Source: Eledone cirrhosa
Taxonomy: Eukaryota
Length of the DNA stretch: 64,000 bases
Direction: 5' to 3'
NCBI GenBank assembly: GCA_964016885.1
Contig: OZ024747.1
Span: 37,324,001 to 37,388,000, forward strand
Shown here piece by piece: positions 11,366-25,222 of the stretch (positions are counted from its first letter, which is position 1; each line of letters opens with the position of its first letter). The notes under the pieces are model-generated. The model had not been told where the DNA came from. It did not search any database and saw only the letters and a list, made by a program, of their open reading frames with translations. Both the position numbers and the translations under genes were made by a program.

Positions 11366-13311
11366 ATATAAATAAATATGATATATAAAACTATAGATTA
11401 AATACACCTACTAATGCTTCCAAACAAGGTTTTAGTAATCGTTCATATTTTGAACGTTGAAATTTAAAGTATATTGAACAGGACTACGATTTCGTATTCG
11501 TCCCGTACTCCATGGTGTTGTCCCGTCATTTCTCCTTAACTCATTCACCGAATGTTGTAAATATTGGGAGGATGGCGTAATGTGGGGGAAAACACAAACC
11601 TGATTTTATTTCTCAGCATAACCAACATCACAATGTTACAAATAAAAAGAGGAAAGAAAAGAGAAAGAAAAAAAAACACATACAAACAGGTAATACATAC
11701 ATGTAGGCAGGCGAAAAGGGTGGGCAAACGAACCACTGCCAGAGCAAAATATAATATTACTGAGATTCAAAAGAAAAAAAAGTTCAATTAGATTAAAAGT
11801 ACGTCAGCAATTGCCAAATATGAATATAGAGCGATAGAATATCTGTTGGAGTTTCACTTCAAAAGTGTAGTCGCCCGAACTGCTAGAAATAGCAGTCAAA
11901 TCGCCCGCAAAACTCATCTCCATCGTTTTAAAGATTGAAAGGACATATTAGATGTTGTGGTCCCAGATGCCCAATGCACAGACCTTCTAACCTCTAAAAA
12001 TCCAAACGTGAAGTACCATGAAAAAAGGTGCCCCCAAAAGAGGAGAAATGAAGCAAATGGTGAGGTTTTACATAATGAAAGATATACCCATTTTCACAAG
12101 TGAAGACATCTCTCACCCAACACAAAATGGGTGGAAGATCACCCCGTCGGACGGGGAGAGTTGACAGGTCGACAGTGCATGACAATAGTCGGGATGGTTA
12201 TGGCTGTAACGGTTTTGATTGATCAAAGTTAGCCTAGAGGCAAAAACAACTAACATCATGTGCTCTATTCTGTCTGCCGGGGTTGTGGGGAGACAAGCTG
12301 ATTATATTACGAATTCTGTCGAATACTCTTAAATACTTCAATATGCTGTACTATAGCAGTCAGCTACCAAAGTGTGCGCCGATTGCTAAATAAAATTACA
12401 TACATACTCACAAATATGCAAGCGTGTGTTTGTAAATATATATTTCGATATTGAAAGAATACATCAGCATAAGCTTTTTATTCTGAATAAGTACAGTTAC
12501 ATTTTAAACTCTACATACATGCATACGCACAAAAGTTTGCGACAATTACTTACAGTGCGACGAAGACAAAACATTGTTGCAGGAAGCATAGAACTAAAAG
12601 TTAAAAGGTCGAAAAAGAAACGAAAATAATGGTAACCCCATAAGAAATAATAAAAATGGTCCTTGATGTAAACTGAAAATAAAACTGCTTTCGAGAAATG
12701 AGACCCAACATTATCCAGTATTTTAACTACAAATCTATTTTTGTTCATAAATACAAGGCGTTTTGTACGACACTAGTACATTGTGTATCATTAACATTTG
12801 TTCTGTGCTGTTAGAGTTACTTCCCCTTATTATTAAGTCGCATTTAATTCTATTTTGTTTACTGTGTATCAGCTTGACTTCCGTTTCTAGCGGTTTGCTA
12901 ATAACAGTTTGTATCAAATACATGTACATAATTGTTTCTGATTTAGGCACAAGGCCAACAACTTGGGGGAGGGGGAAATTAGATTATATCGAATCCAGTG
13001 CATTATTGGTACTTTATTTTATTGACTCCGTAAGGATGAAGGGCAAAGCTAACCTCGGCGAGATTTGAACTTAGAACGTAAAACATCACAACTATATTCC
13101 TCAAAGTATTATGTCCGACGCTCCACTGATACTGCCAATTCACCACCCTTAATAGTAATAATAATAATACGGACTTCAGGATACAAACGGACCTGGTGGT
13201 TTTTGACTAGGAAAAAAATCTTGCTTGATTATAAATGTAGCTTACCTCTTTCATACCAGAGTGTAAGAAAAGGAGGAAAACATTAACCGATACCAAGATT
13301 GGTATTCCAAC

Positions 13312-14300
13312 GCAGCCGATGAAAGCAAAACATCGTTTATTTCCGTATTACTACCACGGGGTTTTTTTTGGTTTTTTTAATTTTTATTAAAGCATATAGA
13401 TGTAAGTAGAAGTTACTTAAATGAAAATATCACGCGTTTTTATTTTATTTTTTTTTTATTAAAGCATATCGATGTAAGTGGAGTTACTTAAATGAAAATA
13501 TAGGTGGCCCTTAAAATGGCCAAATTAGAAAACAAGTTTAAGTTAATTAGAAAACAAGTCATGGTTATCAAATAAATTGGATTTAATCATTTATATTTTC
13601 ATAGTCATGGTTATCAATGTAGAAAACAAGGCATTTTCACCAACAGTGGAGTTATTTCTGACAGCTAATGCCATGAACTATATTTTCATAGTCATGGTTA
13701 TTAATGTAGAAAACAAATCATTTTCACCAACAGTGGAGTTAACTTAAATGAACATATAGGTGGCCCTTAAAAGGGCCAAATTAGAAAACAAATTTATGGT
13801 TATCAAATTTTTTTCACCAACCCTTTATGAAGAAATGTTTAGAAAACAAATTTTTTTCACCAAAGCTTATTCAAAAGCATGGATACAGTCCACATGGAGA
13901 CAAGAGACAGTCCCCATGGAGATTGATGGTATCTGCTGTAGTAGCGGTAGCGATGGTTAATTCCATTAACAATTTGGCCCTTTTAAGGGCCACCTATATT
14001 TTCATTTAAGTTAACTCCACTGTTGGTGAAAATGACTTGTTTTCTACATTGATAACCATGACTATGAAAATATAAATGATTAAATCCAATTTATTTGATA
14101 ACCATAACTTGTTTTCTAATTTGGCCCTTTTAAGGGCCACCTATATTTTCATTTAAGTAACTCCACTTACATCGATATGCTTTAATAAAAAAAAAATAAA
14201 AAATAAAAAACGCGTGAAAACTCCACTTACGCGTGGTGGTAGTAATACGGAAATAAACGATGACGAATGACGCCACCTTCGCCTGCTTTCATCGGCTGCT
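13312..14300. repeat. ~1-kb imperfect fold-back with internal tandem duplications
   Basis: 13430-13660 is mirrored by 13970-14216; 13312-13357 is mirrored by ~14235-14300; direct duplications within 13384-13800. Confidence 0.75.
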
Positions 14301-16809
14301 TTCACGACTGACAGCTAATAGCGTTGTATTGCCCCAAGATTTAAAGCGGGAACTGAAAAGGATATACTCTAGATATAAACCTTTAATTGAAAACTTAACT
14401 GACTTCAGTTTCTAATTTGTTATCAATATTACGTAATTGTTTCTACTTTTGGCACAAGGCCAGCAATTACCCAGTGCATTACTGGTACTTTATTTTATCG
14501 ACCCTGTAAGGATGAAAGGCAAAGTTAACCTCGGCAGGATTTGAACTCAGATCAGAAAGGGGCGTAACTCTGTGCTACAAAGCATGTTGTCCGACCCTCT
14601 ACCGATACTGCCAAACCACCAATATTACATAATACAATCTTGTGTGATGTCTATATATTTATAAACCACACCTTAAACCATACATGGTGATAATAAATAT
14701 ATCTTAATATATCTTAATATTACAAATGAAAAAGAAAAAAAAGAAAGAAAAGAGAAAAAGAAAAAACACGCAAGTAAGTAATACATACATCTAGGACCAC
14801 ATACAACAAAAGGCAGGCGAATGGGGTGGACAAATCAAATGCTGCCTGGAGATCATTGTCATCTGTTCCTGGAATAAATACTCATATATAGCCTTATTCA
14901 CCACAAATTTACGTTATATACAAGTGTATGTATGTACGAAAGAACGTACGTATTTCTGAATGTTATTTATAATGTTTCATCATGAGTATGGCATGTGATG
15001 GGAAGACCAAACCTGAGAACAAAGATCAAATTCTCAGCGAATCGTTAAACAAGCAAACTAATTGGCTACAGCTGCAGGGGACCTTCGAACGTCGAATAAA
15101 ATGCTTCCGGTTTACCGTTCTGACTCTACGCTCTCGGAGGTCAAATACCGTCGTGATCCGCCTTGCCTATCATCGTCTCGATGTCATTAAATAAAGTACC
15201 AGTCAAATACTGTAGTTTATTATATGTCTCCTGTTCTTGTTTCGTTTAGCATTGAGAGGTATCAGTAGCATCACTTTAGCTACCCTTTGAGTAATGCGCG
15301 CGAGATCGAAATCGAACCACATGATTGCTACATGAAAATGTTATCTACTCAACCATATCTGTGAACCAGAGGAGTAACTGGGGTAGGACAAGTATGGCAC
15401 GGGCCATGGACGCCACGTGGACTATAAGCCTCGTCGGAGAGTGAAAAGAGAAACTCCTTCAGATGTATGATCTGTCTCTGATTATCATGGGTGAGAAACA
15501 CTATGGTGACTGGATCATTAAACCATTTATATAAATTATTAGGCCTATGGGTAAAAATACAGTGCTGGGCAGGGGCGCGATTTCACTGCTTCCCGTAGGT
15601 GCTATTTTCCCTAGTCATGGCTCTGCTGTGTACTACTTTATTATTTATTTTAGCGTAACCAATTATATGAGGTGTAATGTTTTGCCTTTCATCCATTGAA
15701 GGTCGATTAAAAAAGGTAAGTCTAGTACTGGGGCCGATTCTTCCTCTACTTGGCAGGCTGAAACGTGCATACACTGACTATAAAGATTGGTGCTAGAGCT
15801 GTGAAATCGTGCATGCATTAATTCCAACTCTTCTTATTAATAATTGCATTGTTTATTTCCAGAGACTATATTGACAAATAAACCTCATTTGGTCATTCCA
15901 TGAGAGTATCTTGATCAGCCAATGAACTTTTCAGCCGACACTCACTTCCACTCTATCACTTTCTATCCTTCTCTGGGAGAAATCTGCAGTATTTAGACCT
16001 GGAGAGGAGATGGGCTCTGTCAGGTTTAAAATAATACCCTAGAAACACCGTATGTTAATAAGGTGCCTCTACGACTCCCTCGTCATTTTCTGGACCATAC
16101 ACACAATGTTGGAAATATACTTTTGTACTAATTAGTAACTGGTAGTGCTACATAGATACAATAATTATAATATATTTTTCGAATTTCACAGTGCTTATAC
16201 AAAATAATAAAATGTATGCTAATTTTAAAAACAAAATTATTTATTGAATTAAATTAAATTAAACAAATTTCCTGTGTAAATACGGAATCAATATACGTTA
16301 TCAATGGCATTGACACAATTTAACTAGTAGTTAATTACAGTTAATTATAGATGTAACTTACTGATTAATTCCATTCTAGACAGCATGTCCGATTGGTTAA
16401 AAAAAGTGTTTAGCAATTAACAAGTCCTGGATTTGATCCTACTGCATGGGGACAGAAATTTATCGGAGAGACTGTGCATGTAATTCAAAGAGTCAGCCTT
16501 GTTACATAGTGTCTCGTTGAATCTTCCAAAAAATTACGTTAAAGGTACACGTGCCTATGCCTATGGAATGTTCAGCCAGTTCCACATTTATTTCATGAGC
16601 TGACGGCTCCGTTGATCAAACAACTGGAAATACACATCTAGGAAACCAACGGAAATTCAATCCTTACTTTCCCCAAAAGTGGGTGGGAGACCTCCCCGTC
16701 GGACGGAGGGAGTTAACAGGTCTGCAACAATGAATGTAATTAACAGAGTGCCCCCCACCCCGCCGTATGACAATAGTTACACGGAAAATTTAAGAATTAC
16801 ATTGCTAAG

Positions 16810-17470
16810 TAAAAAATATAACACGATTAACCTATATTGCTGGAATGTTAGAAACCCTCTGAACCGTGTTTTATCTAATCGATCAGAACATAGAACTGCT
16901 TTCGTAACCAGAGAATTCCAGTTGCTGAACATAGACAAAACAAAGTTACTAAAGCATGCTTTTCAGAGGAATATCAATTAACCGAAATATCATCAGGTTT
17001 CACAATATTTGGGTTCGAAGGCCAAAGGATAGAAGTTAAGTACTAGGGAAAGATATAATCAACCTTCCTCGTCTCGCAAATTGCTGGCCTTATACCAACT
17101 TTAGTAACAATTATAAAGCTCCGATTCTTATTCTCATATGAACGATAAATATCTGTTTTCCCGGTTTCCATACCAACTTTCACAGCTAACATAAATTCTA
17201 TAACGTTATGCTACGAATCCCTTTGTATCACTATTTCATCAGTACGAAGGCGCAAGAAGTCGATAATTCTTGGTTACTTTAATGCGCAAGTTGGAAAGCA
17301 GCATGAGATTTGCAGTTCGTTGGGTCACTTTGACATGGTAACGTAAATAGCATTAGTTTACTGTTGCGGTAACTTTCTTCACAATTCAATCTGGCTTTAC
17401 ACCTTCTGCCATCAAAAATTAAAACGCAATGTCACATGGATTAATCCTAGGTTCAAGCACGGTCACATGA
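16810..17470 (+). mobile_element. Degenerate APE endonuclease of an RTE-like LINE
   Basis: INLYCWNVRNPL...RSEHRTAFVTREFQLLNID and ILGYFNAQVG (GDFNA-like) motifs. Confidence 0.65.
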
Positions 17471-17499
17471 TTGCTTACAGAGCGTGTGTACTGGACCTC

Positions 17500-17810
17500 T
17501 ATTGGTCTCGACAACGAGTGTTTCAGTTGATTAGATCAATAGAACAGCCTGCTCGTGATATTAACGTGCAAGTGCCTGAGCATTCCACAGACACATGTAC
17601 CCTTAACGTAGTTCCCAATAAGAATCAGCGTGGCGCAGTGTGGGACAAGGCTGACATTTTGAATTACAAGTATAACTCATATTTGCCAGCTAAGAGGACT
17701 GGGGTAATGGGAAATAAAGTGTCGTGCTCAAGAATACAACGCACCACTTAGAATCGAACTAGCAACGTTACGAACGTCAACAGAACAGCCTAATTACTAA
17801 GCCACGGCCT
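17500..17810 (-). mobile_element. Second tRNA-derived SINE family; related copies at ~16380-16650 (+) and ~44890-45205 (-)
   Basis: Shared core ctgagcattccacagacacatgtacccttaacgtagtt and antisense B box aatcgaact. Confidence 0.7.
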
Positions 17811-18403
17811 CTAAAATTGTTAGCCTTGTGTCTAAATTATTAGATTGGCAGTATCTATAGAGCGCCGGAAAACATGGCTTTGTGCGTTGTGTTCAAATAC
17901 CGCCGAGGTTAGCTGTGCCTTTCATTCTTATGGGATCGATAAAAAAAAGTACCAATAACGCACTGGGATGGATTTAATCGATCCCTCGCCCCCACAAAAT
18001 TGTTGGCCCTGTGCCTAAATCAGAGGCCATTATTATCTTTCTTTTTAATCTGTGATTCATATTCTTGAATCCAAGTACATCAACACCAAAGTTTTCCCAG
18101 TTTTCTTCAAATCTAACACCAGCAAATACGTGTAAGGGCTTTTACCGCATTCATGCGAATATATGTACGAATTTGAAGCTTGGAATTTATCTTATACGTG
18201 TGCTGTGTAGTTTCGACTGAGACTCTGGTCTCCAACTTTTACGTGGAAATTTCAAGATTCGAATTCGTACAAATGTTCACATAAAAACTAGATATAAAAC
18301 AAAAAATAATGTACATGTATTTAAATATAATTGATTTTTTTTTAGATCACAATAGGTGTTTGTGTATAAAGTAGTTATGTAATAAACAACATAAGATAAT
18401 TAT

Positions 18404-18465
18404 TTCAGTTACCAGTGGTTTCTTGAAGGCAGATATTTATATCTGTCTTCAGTCGTCAGAATGAA
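18404..18465 (-). ncRNA. Type-I hammerhead ribozyme (left arm)
   Basis: UUCAUU-CUGACGA-long stem II-GAAAC CACUG GUA-ACUGAA, with one stem I mismatch. Confidence 0.7.
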
Positions 18466-18487
18466 TAAATAACATAGATGTTATTTA

Positions 18488-18549
18488 TTCATTCTGACGA
18501 CTGAAGACAGATATAAATATATGCCTTCAAGAAACCACTGGTAAATGAA
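18488..18549 (+). ncRNA. Type-I hammerhead ribozyme (right arm)
   Basis: ttcatt CTGACGA c tgaag...cttca a GAAAC cactg GTA aatgaa; perfect 6-bp stem I; quasi-palindromic stem III. Confidence 0.82.
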
Positions 18550-19362
18550 ATAATGATCTTATGTTGTTTATTACATAACTAATAAGCTCTGTAGCCTACA
18601 TAGAGCACTCTTTTTTTCCTGTACCTTTCCGACGGAAATACTTCATTTAAATGCAAGTAGATAAAAATATCTACATGGGTTTATGCACAGATTTGTACAT
18701 ATATTATGTAATAAATTCTTCCGCCTAACACTAAAGTCGATTCACCCACCACTGCCATGAGCCTCATATTTATTCCTCTTGAGCCACACATTCTTGGTAA
18801 CTGAGATTCAGCCACAAAGTTTTTAAAGAAAGTAATAGATACTAATTTTTTTACCTCCCCTTCTCACTCTGTTTCTTTCATACGAACGCGCACACATCCC
18901 CCTTAAACACGTTCACTCGCTTTCAGAGTTTTACACCAAGGAATTATTGCAATAAATTAGATGACAAAGTTCAATTGTCCGGCAATAAAAATTGATCTTC
19001 TGATTTGGTGTAAGTTATTATTTTCGTCTATCGAATTTCATATAAATCTATTTTGGGGATGATGAAAAATATATCTTTCCAAAAAGTAATGTTTTACTCC
19101 AGGCCAATTTGTTATTTATTTATCTAGATATTTATTTACTCATTTACTTATATTTATTTATGAATATTTTATATATCAGCAGAAACAAAATATCGAATGG
19201 AAAGTCGGTGCAAAGAGCATGGTGCCAAGATAATTAGGTTTGCAATATACCAAAAGCCCCAAACTCCATTTTGTGATGTTTTACCCTGAAACCACTGAGC
19301 AATATATTCCGATTTCAACTGTTTATGAGCTTCAACGGTAGGTTTAATTTTATGCTGAAATG

Positions 19363-21440
<2,078 letters not shown>

Positions 21441-21674
21441 TTTTTTTCTCATGACAGACCCCAGACGCCAACGAAACTTTAGTACCTGTTTATCCCACTG
21501 TTATAATTATTTATACTAAACTCGACTTATGGATTAAGTGCTCTTACTCTTGGATATTTCCACTTATATATATATATAAAACGAAGGAAGTGTGGTAAGG
21601 AACCAGGTGGACCATAACGCACCAGAGTACTCGATACTTAGGGTAGTAGAGTGGGTAATAGGAAAAGAGTCAGG

Positions 21675-21770
21675 ATCCCGACGGCTGAGCTCTGGCCGTT
21701 TCGACAGCTAGATCTGAACAAACCCAGTAGTGTTAGGACAGTAGTAATCTAGCTGAACTTATCAAGAGGT
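21675..21770 (-). ncRNA. Type-I hammerhead with long stem II and U3-A8 core (family D copy 1)
   Basis: CUC-UUGAUAA-G uu CAGCUAGAU...AUCUAGCUG u C-GAAAC GGC cagagcuca GCC GUC-GGG. Confidence 0.65.
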
Positions 21771-21874
21771 ACAGTCCATATATGGGCATGTGATGAAAGC
21801 ATGGCAGTAGTATCATATCAAACAATTCTAAAAATTGTTTTTCTTTTCTGTCACGGGGAGTGGTCCCTTCCCTT

Positions 21875-22790
21875 ATCCGCGTCAATTTTCTGGATGTTAC
21901 TCTCAACCTGGAGAATAATTTGTACTACTGATATAGGAAACCTAATGAGAACCTACACTATATCCACCGTAGTTCTAACCATTCTAGGAACATTACCAAC
22001 AACTTAGTTAAAAACATCTGCCTCCGCATATCTCGCTTGTCCGCAAACGAGCAGATCTTTAACGAACACACGCCATATTACAACCAGGCCCTCAAGAGAA
22101 GCGGCTTCCGGGAGAACATTTCATATTATCCAGGCCTTTCTAGCGGATCCAGCAGGCGACGCCACGCTCACGCCACGTAACGTGGTTCAACCCTCCCCAC
22201 AATGCCGACGTGGAAGATCTTTTTTTAGACTTCTCTATAAACACTTTCCACCACAACACTGCTACCACAATATCATCAACAGAAACACTGTTAAACTACC
22301 TATAGCACTACACCCAACTTTGCACAAAACATGGCTTCAACTAACAACAAGAAACTCCTTTCTAACAGAAGAAACAACAATGATATTAGTGGAGAGCAAA
22401 CTAGGAGTGTGTAACTGTCCTGATAAATCATCGTGTCCCCTCAACAATAGATGTCGCGAACGTAACCTGGTCTACCAGTGGAACGTGAGGACGAAAAGCT
22501 ACAGCAAGGCCTACATCGGATAAACCGCCTGCGGGTTTAAGACCTGGTGTTACCAACACAAACATACATTTAGAAACCCGGCCCGGCGACATGCAACAGC
22601 ACTTTCTAGCCATATTTGGGACATCCAAGACAATAATATAACCTACCATCTAAGCTGAAGCATACATTCCAAGGCAAACTCTTACTCGGGAGGACGCCGT
22701 CCGTGTAATTTATGCTCGGAGGAAACGATTCAAATGCTGTTTGCAAAAGACCAACTCATAAACAAAAAGGATGAATTTTTTACCTAATGT
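21875..22790 (+). mobile_element. Penelope-like element fragment (RT thumb, linker, GIY-YIG endonuclease), disrupted
   Basis: VNFLDVTLNL, SSNH, WFNPP, INRNTVKL, CNCPDKSSCPL..NLVYQ..KAYIG and CNLCSEE motifs with stops and frameshifts. Confidence 0.9.
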
Positions 22791-22831
22791 AAACACAGAA
22801 TACATAAGACATATGTGTATATATATATATA

Positions 22832-22891
<60 letters not shown>

Positions 22892-22906
22892 ATAGGAACA
22901 AGTATG

Positions 22907-22999
22907 ACCCCGACGGCAGAGCTCAAGCCGTTTCGACGGCTAATTCTGGACTAAGTAAGAATTAGCCTGGTAAATAAATAGCCGAACTTCTCAGGGGGT
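22907..22999 (-). ncRNA. Type-I hammerhead with long stem II (family D copy 2; core CUGAGAA)
   Basis: ACCCC-CUGAGAA-G uu CGGCUA...UAGCCG u C-GAAAC GGC uugagcucu GCC GUC-GGGGU; perfect stem I. Confidence 0.65.
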
Positions 23000-23859
23000 A
23001 ATTCCATATATGGGAAGATAGTAATTGTCAGGAGGATTGGTCAAAAATTTGTTGTAAAGATAGTTGATTCTATCATGACATTTAGTGGAAGGTAGGGGTA
23101 GCTGAACTTGCCGGTAGAACAAAGAGGGAGTGGGGAAGCCCAGTCAAGCGTTGAAAGTGAAATCTATACAGCAGATTCTAAGGATAGTGTTTAGAAGGTC
23201 GAAAAAAGTGTACTGGAGAGGCGGGGGGGGGGTGAAGAAGTAGGTAAATCGAAAGGGAGTAAACAAACAAGCCATTATAAAGATGGGGAGATAAATATAT
23301 AAAAAAAACAAATATATAAAAAAATAAATATATAAAAAAACAACAATTTCTGGTTACTATTCCATCCCCACAATCCTCAAATCTCTCATTCGTATTGTTA
23401 AGCTATAGAAAAGTTTAATAGGTGGAGAAAAATGCTAAATACGGGATTGTAGTGAAAGCACTTTATCTGCTATATAAAGCGTAATCGGCCAATTCTATCT
23501 TAAAATTAGGTGGGGGCTGCTGAGGCTACAGAGGACCGATGGGCTGCATCGGGTGGGCGAAAAGTTGAAAAAAAAGACAAGGAAGGAGATCTGGGGTGGA
23601 AGGACTAGAAAGAGATGGGGGGGGGCAGAAGGAAATATAGAGGAAAAGATTAAAAAAATATAAAAAAGTTACGTCTACCTTTGTAAGCAGGGGTTACCTC
23701 TTACAAAGTCGGCAAGTGGGGTGTTTCAGCCCTTGTCTACGCCCCCCCCCCCCGGGTCATTATGGGGTTTGAGGGCGAGGTAAGTCCTACGCAATCTGTG
23801 TTTGCATGCAGTTACCAGTTTGGTTGAAATAACCGAGACAGCAGTGGAGAGCCGACCAA

Positions 23860-24215
23860 GAGGTGCAACTGTCCTGATAGATCCCTTTTCCCCCTCAACA
23901 ACAGATGCCGAGATCGTAATGTGATCTACCAGTGCAACGTGAGGACGGACACCTCCAACAAAGCTTATATAGGATTAACTGCTTGTGACTTCAAGACCCG
24001 GCTCTACCTACACAGACATACTTTCCAAAACCCGGCCCGGCGTCACGCCACTACACTCTCGGGCCGTATCGGGGACCTCAAAGATAATAATATAACATAC
24101 AATCTCACTTGGAACTTATTGTCCAGAGTTAACTCGTACACGGGAGGACGCCGTCCGTGTAACTTATGCTCGGAGGAAACATTACAAATGGTGTTTTCGA
24201 AGGACCAACTCCTAA
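23860..24215 (+). mobile_element. Penelope-like GIY-YIG endonuclease fragment
   Basis: [37 protein letters not shown]; paralogous to 22405-22765. Confidence 0.88.
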
Positions 24216-24391
24216 ACACACACATACATATACATATATACATATACATATATACATATATACATATATATATATATACATACATATATATATATATATA
24301 TACATGTATACTCATATATACATGTATATATATATATATATATGTATATCTATATATCTCTCTATCTCTCTATATATATATATATATATAT

Positions 24392-25151
24392 AACGGCGAT
24401 GAATTAGTTTTGCGAGGTTTTTGATATAAAATCGTGTGTCGAAACAAATATTGTTATACTTGGGGAGGGTCATATTTGTGTAATATTGCCAGAATTAATA
24501 ACAGAACACACTCACTGTTTGGTTGGTTTTCGCTTTTCGCTTCTGTGTCTTTTATATCGGTAATCTAATTTATTCGGTCCTCAATGTTGCCATTGACTGA
24601 CCAACGGTCAAAAATAATAGATATACAATATAGACACAAACACATATATATAGTTTATCAAACTTCTTTCGTTGCACATCTGCAACATCGTCAGTGGTGC
24701 TATTGTTTCCTCCCGTTGCATTGTATTTTCTACGCCATCTTTATTTAGTCTGTTTATATATTTATTTATTTGTTTATTTTATTTTGTCTTCTTTGCGCAT
24801 GCGTTTGCGTGTGTGTATAGTGTTTTCTTTGATGTGTGTTCGGGATTGGGTGACTGTGTATTGGTTAATGTATTCTATCTTTACTAGTGTGTGTTTATAT
24901 GTGTTTGTTGTTATTGTGCTTGTGTATGTATTTATTTATTTATTTATCTATTTATTTATTTATACTTCTCTTAGGTCAGTGTTGTTTGTTTGGGTGTTGT
25001 TGTTATTCCATTCATTCTTTCTGTTTAGCCTTCTAAGTTCTATTTCACTGTCCTCTCTGATTTGCCTATCTGCTGGGTTGTTTCTATGTTTAGATATTAT
25101 TCTAATTTCTATGTTGTCTATGTTACCGTTGTGTTGTTGTCTGGCATGTTC

Positions 25152-25154
<3 letters not shown>
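24392..25154 (+). mobile_element. Non-coding repeat 'family B', longest copy (~760 bp), inserted in (TA)n
   Basis: High identity to 38711-39440; microsatellite on both sides. Confidence 0.85.

Positions 25155-25222
<68 letters not shown>

Larger units (their letters stand above)
18372..18581. repeat. 210-bp palindrome carrying two divergent hammerheads
   Basis: Arms are reverse complements with few mismatches; centre ~18476. Confidence 0.9.
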
